This document shows, in pieces, positions 38,822 through 51,996 of a stretch of 64,000 nt of DNA. Location: positions 1 to 64,000 of the forward strand of contig MU619272.1 of assembly GCA_025201805.1 (NCBI GenBank). Reading direction: 5' to 3'. The translations under genes and the position numbers were made by a program. Within the stretch, counting starts at the first letter, position 1. Every line of letters starts with the position of its first letter. The notes below the pieces were generated by a model. That model was not told the DNA's origin. It saw only the letters and a program-made list of their open reading frames with translations, and made no database searches. The stretch is from Parasitella parasitica NRRL 2501. Taxonomy: Eukaryota > Fungi > Mucoromycota.

Positions 38822-39750
38822 TACTAAATATGGATACTTTTAATACTGGCATCAAGAGTTTAAAAGGTTTTCATGACCAAAATGTATTTTACTGTTGTAT
38901 AATAACATGAACACGCCCAGGAGAACATGTGAGCCCAGCAATCCCTATTGAGCATTATCATATATATATCCCAAACAAAATATGAATAAACAAATATCTT
39001 TTATCCCCGTTAGTTATTCTTTATCAGTTTTAGTAACTGAGCAAGACGTTGTTAGAGTTTTTATTGTCAAATAACAAATTCCTATTTTATATCTTTCCTA
39101 TTGTCAGGTTAATACATAGGCCCACGCAACATTATAGACAGAAACGAACATGATCATATACGGTATTAACCGAATGCTAAATATTTCAAATATTCTTTTC
39201 ATACAGTTTTTATTCTATTTTATATTATCCTCTATCCATTATACTTTATTCTTCATATCTTATCCTTCTATTCTTATATAATTGATGATTGCGCCCGCCG
39301 CTTGATTACATTCAATAAAAAAGAATATGTATACTTCAATTATTTGCTTATTGTCATCAATGAAACATTGATGTGATCGTATTTGTTGGCCTTTAAACTG
39401 TTGCTCATTCGAAAGAAGAGATTAACCGATAACGATTGTATCGTTTCATTTCATGTTCGTTTTGTTTGCACTTATACTTCAGAAGCCATGCAACACTAGC
39501 AAAGAGGATGAATGTTACAGTGCTTGACTCAATGACCGAACCCTTGATCGCGTACACTATAAATACACTATCTAATGAAAGTATATAACATTCTCTTTTT
39601 GGTAAAAAAAAACCCCCCAGAAACCAAGGAAAAAAATCATGTTTCGGGTAATCAAAAATCATGCCAAAAGATTTTTGAATTTGTAGGTTGATGTATTGAA
39701 TGTATGAATGTTTATGTATAACTATAAGTGAAAAACGAAAGTAACGTAAT

Positions 39751-40625
<875 letters not shown>

Positions 40626-42153
40626 TTAATAATATGAAGGTCAAGAAGAAGAAGAGGAAGTGTGTTCAATATCGCGTTTGATATACAATGCAAGACGAGA
40701 GTCACTTTAACCCGGGGTTTTATTCAAGATTGTAGTTTGAAACGGCATCCAAAAATGCTTTGAAACATCAGTTCATGAATGTGTTATAGAACAGCCGCCT
40801 TCAATAGGTATGTGATATGTTAGACCGACAGGGTTGAATTGAGTGACGTTAAGCTTTTGCCATGAGCGACCCGCCTCCTTGCAATCGAGCATCGTGTAGT
40901 ACAGTCTAATCTGTTGGATAACTTTATATTCTACTCGTACCATTACAAGCACAGACAGGTTTCTCATTCTATTTTGTATCACCCGAGCCGCCTTTCGAAC
41001 ATCAGCCAATACAAACAATAGCATGTGGAGAGAACGTCTAGATTACGTTATGAGTTTGAAGTGGATTTTGATCACAAAAGAGCAATCGAGCATAGACGCT
41101 TGTGTTTTAGATCAGATATTATTAGGATTGGATTTCTTGCTATGTTTGAGCATAATCCCTTTGACAGAAAATAACGAAATGTGCAAAAAAAAAGAAGCAT
41201 AGTACTTACGTTGAGAAAATACCAGATGTAGATGGTTCGAGTGATAAGATCAGTTTGTAATCAGAAGCCTCAATTTTATTCCGTTTCCACAATTGTGAAT
41301 TGTAACTTATTATTTATCGAACGAGGAGACCTGTGGTCTATGATTGTATTTATATTCTTACACAAAATGTGTCTACTTGTCTAGGATTTCTCTTGAAGTA
41401 CGGTAACTTAAAGACGGCAAAATATAGATTTTGCAAACATCGGCTGTTTATATATAGAATTGTTATTATGTTCAAAGCTTAGTATAGTGCCACAACGAAT
41501 TGCCCTTTTCCTTTTTGTTCTATAATCCAACAATGGTGGTAATACATATTCCTTGATGATAGCAAACCATGCAACTTGTATGGATCTAAAGAGAGCTGCT
41601 AGCACAAATATGTGCAAGTAATTAATAAAACTCATTAGAAGTACCAAAAATGGCGATTTTTGTATGGGTTAATATCAAGAAAATAGGTAATTATTTGCTC
41701 ATAGATGCATGCTTTTTTTATTTATCAAGTCGTATTATCTTCGTGAGAAGACCAGGTTCTTCTGAGTAGTATTAATCCCCATGGAAATAGTTGCATTGCG
41801 CGAGAAATCGTCATGGTTCTCCAATGTAATGGCACACTTTTTTTTGTCACGATTACTACTGCAATAAAAAGGAGATAGTCGTTGTTTCGTGGAGGGCGGT
41901 ACAGTTACAGTTTTCACACAAAATGCATAACATGAGATCATGTTGTTCCTTAAGGCGTAGTATTTGTGCCTGAGATTCTTTATCAATCCAGAACTTTAGG
42001 CGCTAATACAAATGCAAGTTGGCACAATACGTTGATTTATTGACGTATATTTCACCGTTTATTTGATACAGCTAGGATGAAATATTGCAAGGGGGGGTTG
42101 AGTCATGAACAAAAGTAGAAAAAGGTAAAGATATATACATAAAAAAAACAAGA

Positions 42154-43070
42154 TTATTGCTCATATCTCTGAATATTTGGTACGCCTTTTAATGGGTCGA
42201 AAAAGGCTGTGGGAGAATGGCGAAATCTACCGAACCCTTCCAGAGCCTCAAATTCATCCTTTGTTAAATTGTAAATGGAAGTGGGAGGCGTGTGTAGAGG
42301 TAAATTAGTAGGATGGCACAGATCAGCGACAGACAGTCTTCTTGTTCTTTTCAATGGTGGTGTTTGGAAGATGATACCGTCATCGTCTTCGTTATCAGAC
42401 GAAGAAGATGACGACGAAAAGAGCTGTCTCTTGGGCGATGAAGAAGATAAAGAGACTGGAGAGACAAGACCACAAGGGTTTGCTGAATGATGCTGCGTTT
42501 GCATGAACAATGACTCACCATTGACAGTAAGAGAGGATCTGTTTTCATTTGCACTTGTTTGTTGTTGTTGATCTTGCTGCTGTTCACACGCAGCAGTGGG
42601 TGTATTGTTTGTGCGCTTTCCATGACGAGCTTGTCTGGTCTGTGCTCTTGTACTTGAGCGAGCATTGTCACCTGCGCCGTCTTTGTGATGATCATCCTTG
42701 GAATGAGTATCCGCCGTGTTGTAATGGTGGCTATTCTTATGTGTCTGAGTATGTTGCATCATATTGTCAAATCTGCTGAATGCTTTTTTACATTCAGGTA
42801 CAATGCATACAAAAGGTTTCTAAGATGCACATCAGATCAAATCAAGTTAGTTTTTCAATGCAATAAAAAAACTCATTATTTAATTTACTTCTCCAGTGTG
42901 CTTCCTATTGATAAAATGTAATGTTGGTTACCGCTTTAAAGCATTTGGAAAGGCTTTTACCTTGCATGGCGTGCGAGATGTTCGCTTCGAGTAAATATCA
43001 TATTGCATTCGCCGTAGCCTTTGCATTGAAACAGCTTGGGTCTGGAACTTTTTGTTCGTTTTGGATTCAT
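42154..43070 (-). CDS. Two-finger C2H2 transcription factor (Usv1/Rgm1/Rsv1-like), 3 exons
   Basis: Spliced [57 protein letters not shown]. Confidence 0.88.
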
Positions 43071-43389
43071 TTGTATTTAGAAAAAAGAGAGAAAGATGGA
43101 GGAAAGAGAGAAAGAAACAAAAGAGAGTGGGCAAAAAACAGGTCTAGTTATACACACCTGTTTTTTTTGTTTTTTTTTTGTTTTTTTTTAGATTAGTCGT
43201 GGGTGTATTTAAAGGAGAAAATGGTCCAGGCACAAGCTTTTTTCCTGCTGTTCAAAAAGCTAGTTATCGTCATAATGGCGCAAGTCCGTTTTCTCATTCC
43301 ATATCATCCATGGAAACTCATCTTGCGAATAACAACTATAAAAATCCTATAGTTGAGCTAAATGTAACCATTTTCTATTTTCTTCATCT

Positions 43390-44180
43390 TTACCTTGGTT
43401 CTTCACCATCCTCTCCAGCATCGGGTGCATTCATACTCTCACTTTTACACGAAAAGAATATCATCCGTTTTAATTTTCGATTGAAAAAGAAATAATTTAT
43501 GGACCATCTTTGATATACCGTCAGTCGCTTTTTATCAATCATAGTTTACTGTACTCACAAAAAGCCCTCTGCCTCCTCATTCATTGGGTCATCGTCCACA
43601 TCAGGGTTGAAAGTATAGGCATCGCAATCATCCAATTGAACAATTTCGTCCAGAATATCCCATAATCTTCCATGTTTGCTGTTTAGAAAAGAGAATGTAT
43701 TTATACGAAATGGCTCACCTCAATTTGTTCACTATCACATCGTTTCCCAAGTTGAATAACGTTGTATTGACAGAATTCATGACCATTTCTACGGAGGGCA
43801 GTTTCAGGAACTGATCAGGCCTCACGTCTTCAAAATCGTGCTCGGGGAAAGCAGCGTTTAGGGTGGCTAATAAGTAAAAGAATGTCTTGCGAGGAGCTGC
43901 TTCGGTCAATCTACCAAAAGGCGAAATAACTTGTAATTCATCAGGTGAGACGGAGCCAGGCGCTGACAAATATGTATTGTATCTATCTTCAAGCTTTTTG
44001 TATAGTTTTTTGTCTGTGCCAGCAGATTTGCCTGTGGAATAGTTCAATAACCATGTTAATCAGCAGCCAGTACAACTTACAGGAGTACGCCTCTACTCTC
44101 CCCGTTAATATACACTCAGATGTTTTCCATGAAAATGCACTATTTATTAAATCAAGAGAATCCACTTCCAGGAATTTCAT
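43390..44180 (-). CDS. MAF1: RNA polymerase III repressor Maf1, multi-exon; 3' end uncertain (a further exon to ~43260 is possible)
   Basis: MKFLE, GRVEAYSCKSAGTDKKLYK, SPFG, RKTFFYLLATLNAAFPEHDF, WSINYFFFNRKLKRMIFF. Confidence 0.93.
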
Positions 44181-44497
44181 ACTAGTTGGATGTTTACTAA
44201 AGATGTCTGAAAAAAGGAAAGAAAAACAAAGAAGCCCTCTTCTCGCTCTTCTCTTTGAGATGCTGCATGCTTATGATATCATTGGTCCAATCAATGGCCT
44301 CAGTGTCACTTGACTAAGGATTTAATCTGCCGTTGCATTATCTCTTGTTGCTACGTGCACTGGGATGTCTGTCAGGTAGCCCAAATCAGATGGTTTTAAT
44401 AAAGGGAGAAACATTCCTCGAGCATAATAAATGTTTGCTTGATCTGCCTTTTTATTGCCTTTTACCTCTCTCTTTCTGCCTCTTCCTACTATCCAAA

Positions 44498-45625
44498 ATG
44501 CTCCACTCTCTTCCATATGAAATTATATTACTCGTTTTGATGAGGTTGAACAACAGAAAAGATATATTTTCCTTTTTGGGGACTTATCGTGGATTCTATA
44601 GTCTGATCCGAGACGACTCGTTTTGGCGTGATCTTGTCAAGAGAAAATACGATATTAAATACAACATCAACAGCAAAAATCAGTCGTGGTGGGAGTTGTA
44701 CATCTCTGGAGATGCTAATCAAATGTGCTGTCATCTGCAAGACTACAATGCCAGGTCATTAGAAAGCAAGCGCAAGCTCTTATGGGAATCAATTCAAAAC
44801 CTGAATAGACTATGCTGCAGAAGCGTACAATTTGAACAGTACGGATTGTGTATGGAACCTCAGTGTGAATTTGTAGGCTGTGGAGATGTGTTTTTTGAGG
44901 AAAGTGAGTCGTATCCTGGTCATTTAAGAGCACATCACCGCCAAGCACGCCACAATGTCATTCTGAAGCTTTCGCCCCTCAATTTCATGGAGCTGTGGTG
45001 CTACAGTTGCGATGGTCCAGTTAGTATATGTGCCCATTGCATAAATAATAGCAATCCATTCATTGCATTGATTTCCTAGATAGGGCACTATGGAATTCCG
45101 CTCGAAAAACCCGTGTCCGAGAAATACATGTGCCAAAAAATATTGCATTTCATGACAGCTCTGCCGAATCACAATGATCCGATACTGAGACATAGTATAG
45201 TTGAAAGAAGAAGGATGATAGAGCAAAGGCTGTCGCTATTTCAGCAAAACCATGATTTCTCTTACTTGATCGAGAAAAAATGGTTTACAAGATGGATAGA
45301 TTTCTTGATAGGTAAATCAAATGAACTGCCAGGCCCATTGGATAATTCCATACTGTTTTTTCCTAATGACAAGCAAAAGTTAAGGCATGATTTGATCATT
45401 GGATGCGATTACGAGTTGGTGGGTAGAAGTATTCGTGCCTACATCGAAAGAGTGTACGGGCTACAAGATGGATCAAACATTGTATCTGGAGGTAAAAATA
45501 ACAGCAATTTTTATCACAACAAAAAAAAGTATATATTCAAACAAGAGATGATAGATGACTATTTGGGCCAACCATTATATCGAGGTATATCACAATCTGC
45601 TCTTCTTCACAGAAATTATCATTAG
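44498..45625 (+). CDS. F-box + ZnF-UBP + DUSP protein with no USP catalytic domain; intron 45020-45079, possible in-frame intron 45492-45545
   Basis: F-box LHSLPYEIILLVL...DDSFWR. ZnF-UBP CCHL...CMEPQCEFVGCG...HLRAH...H...LWCYSCD. DUSP YLIEKKWFTRW...PGPLDNS...DYELV...YG. Confidence 0.82.
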
Positions 45626-45627
45626 CA

Positions 45628-47165
45628 TCAAAATCGAGAGTAATTCTTAACCAAAACTCGAACAATTTGCATTTTTTCTTGCTTAAATAAATAGTCTTTC
45701 TTTTGCCTTTTGCGTCTACTACTATTATGATCGTCATCTTGATCTTCTGTTTCATCGTCGTCGTAGCTTCTTTGCCATCGCTGGTTTTTTAGCTTATTAT
45801 AGGGTGATATTCTGTTTTTGGGATTTGCGGGTCGTAAAATGCGACTCCTTTGATGATGAATGTCGTGTTTTACAGATGGTTTTTTGACAAATGTCGTAGT
45901 GTCATTAGAAATATGGCTTTTCTTTGAAACCTTGAATACTGCTTGAGATGTGCGACGTATTTTTGTAACACCTTTCTTGCCATTAGAACCATTAACTCTC
46001 CTGATGATGACTCGAACCGTTTGAGCTTGCTTCCATAATTCTCTTTCAGAAGTTGTTTGTATCCGAACAACGGGATGTTTGATTTGAGCTTCGAGTTCCT
46101 CTTCGCCAGATGTAATTTTTTTTATCTGAACGATGGGATGCTTTATCTGAGCAAGCAACTCCTTCTCTATAAGGTTCGGCTCCTCCTCAAATACGGGCTT
46201 CTCTATTTGAACAATGGGGTGTATTATCTGAGCATCAAGTTCTTCATTCTGCGTAATAGTTTGTTTTTTCTGAGCGATGAAATCCAGCTTTTGCTTTTCC
46301 TTTTTGGCCGATTTAAGCAAAGAGGAGGAAGAAGGCGAAATAGTTTTGTTGAGCGACTTTGGTTTAAATTGAGACACTAGTTTTGCTCGACTTGGCAATC
46401 TGATTTGTTGTATCAATTCCTCGCGGAGAGCTTCCTCCTCCATTATGAGATCATATTTGCTTATGGGTCTAGTCTTGAAGGTGGAGATAGTAGAGTGCTT
46501 GTCAGAGGGTTTGTGCTTGGATGTAGAGGCTGTTGGTGTAAATGTAGACTTTGAGCTAGCGTTCAAGTTGGAGTGCGATAAAAAGTACGTGTTGCTAGAA
46601 GATGGCTGATCCAAACTGATGGGTGAATCTAATGAAGTGCCCAAGTCTCCATTGTTCTCTGTAGCTGGATCAGCCACAATGAATCCTAACAGAAAAGATA
46701 AGTCATATGATATTGCCATATCAAAATGATAAAGCTACCTCTTGATTTCTTTCCCTCTACAACATGAACCCTTTCTCGATACATTGCTTCCTGATTGACC
46801 TTGTCTCTGATGTACTTGCCAAACCTTCTTTCAAAGGATGGCGTTTCATAGACGTTACCAACACCAATCAACGACCCTTGACATTGCTTTGCTTGCCGAG
46901 GCCACAGGTTAACTGTCAAATCTACCAATTTTTTGATATCTTCGTCGCTATTTATTTCTTCTAGCCATTGCTGACCGTGTTCAGGATGCTGTTCTAGATT
47001 AGTGAGATATTGAGCAAAATTGGAATTGCGAGCTCTATATTTAATGTATCTCACTAATCTAGATTTGCTAATTGGAAAAGCTGTACCTTGATTTGGATTT
47101 TGGGTTTGTTTTTGAAGCTGTTGAAAATACTTTTCGTACGCTTTACATTCTTCGGAAATAGACAT
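45628..47165 (-). CDS. Uncharacterised basic, probably nuclear protein with internal AQIxHPIVQI repeats, 2 exons
   Basis: ORFs 46686-47165 and 45628-46719 are joined in frame by a GT-AG intron (~46686-46738). Confidence 0.7.
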
Positions 47166-48380
47166 GATGTGATGATTTTAGCAAAAAAACCAAGAGAAGA
47201 TCCCATCGCAGAATGTACGGTATGCTCACTTCGTGACTTGTTGGCGCCTAAACATTTGTCCACTATTGCACTTACTACAAGTGAAAATGTCCTCTATTCT
47301 GCCATGATTTGTGTTTTGCAGTCTCTCAAGACTCGGTACAAATTTCTGCTTTACCTTTCATTTTACATAGTAAAGAGAGTAACATTTTGAGATTGTACCG
47401 TCAAACGGCACAGTGCTGCTCTCTGTAGTCGAGAGTAAAAGGTTGCCAAAGACTAGATTTTTCCTAATCCTCACAAGTTTCTTGTTCTTCAAAAGATACC
47501 AATAATCTCAACTGCAATGCCTCCCATCTCTGTCTGGATAACAAGCCATACAATGCCGATCCATCTTAGCCTTCTGCTGCTCTCTTTGCCATATGACAGA
47601 TAATGTTAATTTGCCAATTCACAGAGATTAAGGTTGTGTTACGCTTGGTAGCATTTACTGCTCCAACGGATCTGGTAGCTCTTCCAGACGAAGAAAAAAA
47701 TACTCTGCTTCTTCTGAGCTACAGCCTCCACAAGAGCCGATTTCACATCGCCTCCTCCTCCTCCTCTTCCACTTCTGCAATATTAAAGACTTGATCTGAA
47801 GATTCTCTCACAAACCATATGGGGTATAATGATGAAGCAACGTTGGCGATACTGATTTCAAACCTCTTTGTTAAGCTTTAATTAGAATCTGTTTAGAAAC
47901 TAGCCAAGAAAGCTACTCTCGGTATCATTAACTGTAGACCTTCAACATAATTGCGTGTAAAGTTATGACCCAAACCGCGACCTGCGCCCCAGATCCTCTG
48001 TAATGATTATCATCAACTCAATTATTCTCAACCACTAATGCGTATGCGTGATTAAAGTTGATGAATACACATGTTATATAACCAAATGCACAGAAACATT
48101 TTTGAGTGTTTCTGTATAATCATCTCCTATTAGAATGAAGATCATTATTCATGCAGGTGTTTTTTTTTTGTAATACTATTACTGCAAAGTACTTGAATGA
48201 TGGCAATCACTGTAGCTTGAAATTATTTTTAAGGGTCTACCTCTAAATTACAGCTTCTTCTTCACTATATACGCATTGTAAGTGTCGCCTTTAATCTAAG
48301 CCTCTCCTTTTATAGTTTATATACTTTACATATTTTTCCTATTTTAGTTTCCTTCTCTTGTTGTGTGTAGACTAAATAGC

Positions 48381-49746
48381 ATGCCAACAATAGCTGCAAA
48401 GTTTACTGCAGATAGTGAAAAAAGCCTAATAGTGACAAACCCCACTGCTTCTACAGGTAAAAAAACTAAATCATATGTCCATTTTGTTGCTGGAGGGTAA
48501 TACATCAATTTAAAATAATGCAAACATTCGTTTAAGCGGTTCCTCTTTTGACAGTGTTGGCGGGCTTGTTGGTGCAGTTTGCACATCTCCACTAGATGTT
48601 GTGAAAACTCGTTTACAAGTAATGCTTTTACTTTTGAAGAAAATTAATTGATTCAATGCTCAGTTATTTTGCACACGTAGTCGACATTTTATCAGCAGGG
48701 CATAGAAATGGGCGTCAAGCACACGGGACACATTTGGGGACATTTTGCAGAAACTGGTAAATTATTAGCGTATGTTCGATATATCTAGTTGATATGCATC
48801 GTGGTTCTTAAATCATTTTATTAGGCAAATAAAGCAGATCGAAGGATTTCGAGGATATTTTAAAGGACTTGGACCAAGTCTTGTTGGCGTAATTCCTGCG
48901 AGGTAACAAAGAAAAACAATACGGCGAAAAAGAAATTTGTTCTGACTCGGATATGCTCGCAAGAGCAATTAATTTTTATGCGTATGGAAACGGCAAAAAA
49001 TATTACAGCCAGCTTAATCATGGAAAAGAAACGGCTATTGTTCATCTTGTCTCTGCTGCGACAGCCGGTAAGTTAGATTGCAGCATTCGTGCTCGTGTTA
49101 CTGTATAATAATAGTTATGATTATAGGCATTATAACCTCTACGGTGACAAACCCAATATGGGTGGTGAAAACTAGATTGCAGTTGCAAGGAAAACAGCGA
49201 ATTTATATCAGTAGCTTTGATTGCACCTTGAATATCGTAAAACAGGAGGGTCTGAAAGGTTTATACAAGGGTATGGGTGCCTCTTATTTGGGGGTCGTTG
49301 AAGGCACCATTCAGTGGGTTATTTATGAGAACCTGAAAAAGCGGTGGGCACACTCTCCTGCCCAAATGGAAGATAAATTGATTGTAGGCGGCAAAAGTGC
49401 GCAAGGTATGTATACCTAATCTATTGCTCAAGGATAAAACAGTTGGTAATGTTGTATGAAAGCTTGGTTTGGTAATTTAGGTGCAGCAGCGGTGGCAAAG
49501 CTAGTTGCCGCTTGTATCGCATATCCACACGAAGTCATAAGAACTCGATTAAGAGAACCTATCCCTAAAAATGGTGTTGCCAAGTATACAGGCCTTTTAC
49601 AGACTCTAAAGTTGGTGCTTAAAGTAGAAGGCGCTGGTGCCTTGTATGGCGGCATGTCTGCTCATTTGATGCGTGTTGTACCAAATGCAGCAATCATGTT
49701 TTTTTGTTACGAAGCTATTTTACATCATTTTGGGCAAAACGAGTAG
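48381..49746 (+). CDS. RIM2: Mitochondrial pyrimidine nucleotide carrier (Rim2/SLC25A33/36), multi-exon
   Basis: HFVAGG...TSPLDVVKTRLQ, GLGPSLVGVIPARAINFYAYGNGK, TNPIWVVKTRLQL, YPHEVIRTRLRE, HLMRVVPNAAIMF. Confidence 0.93.
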
Positions 49747-50134
49747 ATGGAGCACATAAATTCATATCAATTTGTACATATTCAGTTATAATAATATACA
49801 TAACCTCTCCCTTCCTTTTCCTTAGACAACTCAACCATTGAATTAAAAAAAAAAAGACATTAGCCACTTACAGCGTACATTTATCGTGTGTCAAGTGCAA
49901 TGCTTTTTATGTCTTGCACATATTTCGCACCCTTAGACCAGAAGCTGTTTCATACAAATTATATTCATAAAGGTATATTGAGATGATTGTGAACGTCAAT
50001 AGGATAATTCCTATATACGCAACATTGTGATTATTTAGAAAGCTGTGTTGATCGATATGTCTCCACCCATAATTGGACAAGATAGTTTTATTTACCAAGT
50101 GTTGATTTAAATAAACTCCTCATTTAAAGATTTT

Positions 50135-50734
50135 TCAAAAAAGTTCATAGAATGCTGTACAAATGCATGGAGATGATTGGTAGGTAGCTAGGTTTTCCTT
50201 GCCCTTAAACTTACTACGCTTGACTTTATTCTTAATTTTTGCCCAAAACTGTTCGATTGGGTTGAACTCTGGAGAATAGGATGGAAGATAAAGAGGCTTA
50301 TAGCCTCTCATAGTTATAAGTTCATCTATTTCTTTAGCAGTGTGAACAGACGCATTTTTAGCGACTATGTACTGGCCCTTCATCTCAGGGAAACGGTCTA
50401 TCTCATTTATAGTTTTCTCAAGAAGTACAAGGTAATAGCTAGTAACAGTACCTCTAAGCATATACTTTTTGTTATTAGATGGCGTTTTTTTTTGCAATTA
50501 TAAAAATCGATCTTGATGCGCTTGGAACATTCCTCTTGGGGGTTTCCGAACTCCATCAACAAATTTAGAAGAAATAACGCCCAAAATCGTATGAAATACT
50601 ACTCTCGTAGAGGGAGTGGTTACAATAGCTGGTTTTCCTTTTTCAGCCCAACCACCTGAAGGTCGCATGTTGATATTGGAAGCAGATTCCCCCACAAAAA
50701 CGCAGTTTTCAAGATAACTCACTGCGAGTGTCAT
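50135..50734 (-). pseudogene. Frameshifted Tc1/IS630 (DDE_3) transposase fragment
   Basis: NCVFVGES (first catalytic D changed to G), IVAKNASVH (second D lost), YLPSYSPEFNPIEQFW. Split over two frames, with no HTH region. Confidence 0.88.
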
Positions 50735-50826
50735 CTTACCCCAGTTGAGCTGAGCATTTAAATCAAGGATTTATTCGAAATTGGTACAAGTGATGATTGA
50801 AAAACTATTGATTTTAGTGCTGTTTT

Positions 50827-51457
50827 TTAAGGCTTTTTTAAATTTCTGCGTGCTTTCTTGAGTTGTTTTATTTCTTCGCTGATTTTATTTATTGCACGTT
50901 TGGTATTGAGCCTCCATTCACTACTAGATATAGGCATGGTAGCAGCATTGGTGACATCAGGATTGGCTTGTGATGAAGGTATAGGCGTAGTAGCAGCATT
51001 GGCAATATCAGGATTGGCTTTTAATAGAAATTTAGGCATAGTGGTATTGTCAGCAGTTTGAGCATTGGTACCTGAAGAAGTATATTGGTTATTAAAATTG
51101 GTTAACTGCAATTCATTTACTGATGTCATGTAGCCAGCAGCCATTTTTAGCAATGGATGTTCAATGCAAAATGTATGTCTTTTTCTAAAGTATTCGCTAT
51201 CCTTACCTTGCGTCTTTTGTATCTGTTCTCTGATCGCAGGGACAATAATTCTATCAATTTGATCCAGCCTCTTCTGTAGAGTGTCAACCTCGATTTTTCT
51301 TTCATGCAGTACGGATTTATCGTCAATAGATTGCCCAATGGATTCGAGTATGATTGATTTTTTTTTGAAAAGAGTAAGTTACTACAGTGCCATCATGTAG
51401 TTGTGTTGGACGAATTGCAAACTGCATATTATTGATGGTAAGGCCCTTGTTTGACAT
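50827..51457 (-). pseudogene. Frameshifted orphan ORF relic next to the Tc1 fragment
   Basis: Three overlapping same-strand ORFs in successive frames (51323-51547, 51147-51338, 50827-51153). No recognisable domain. Confidence 0.4.
50930..51050. repeat. 51-bp tandem repeat (2 copies plus a partial third)
   Basis: ataggc.t.gtagcagcattgg..a.atcaggattggctt at 50930 and 50981; encodes ANPDxxNAATxPIxSS on the minus strand. Confidence 0.85.
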
Positions 51458-51996
51458 CAGTATTGTAAAAAACAGATGCGCTTTGAATGATTGAGAAATG
51501 AAGATATAAAGCACCTGGAAGCAAAGAAAAGTAAACTTAGTAATCAAAAATTTGGTCAGGATATATACTCAAACTTTATGTATTTCTGAACCTCGTTCAA
51601 CAATTTAAGATTTAAACAACTTGGAATCTCTTTTACTGTATATCAATTTAAAATAACTGGGTGAATCTAGAAGTGGAATGCAGATCATCATAGTGAATGT
51701 ATTTCATAAGTACCGCTACACCTATACCGGATTCAATTTAGTGATTTTACTGTTTTAACTTATTAGATAATAATTTGATAGTACAAATAAAAATTTATCT
51801 TTATTTCTTCTAAATTTGTTGTAACCACAGCATTCTGTGAAATAAATATTGTTAAAAACTCGCATTTGATTTTATTATTGGCCCCCTTTTTTTTTCTTTT
51901 AAAAAAAAAGCCGCCCTATGGCGTTGAACTGTATCTTCGGAAATTTGACTTGAAAAGTTTCCTTTCTTTCACTTTTCATTATTCTATATAGTGAAA

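Noticed and set aside
47900-48000. GAGRGLG Rossmann-like motif on the minus strand
   Set aside because: Short frame with no start and no other SDR motifs; likely chance.
50102-50766. 11-bp inverted repeat TTGATTTAAAT flanking the second transposase fragment
   Set aside because: AT-rich and short, with no TA|CA/CT Tc1 terminus; not a credible TIR.
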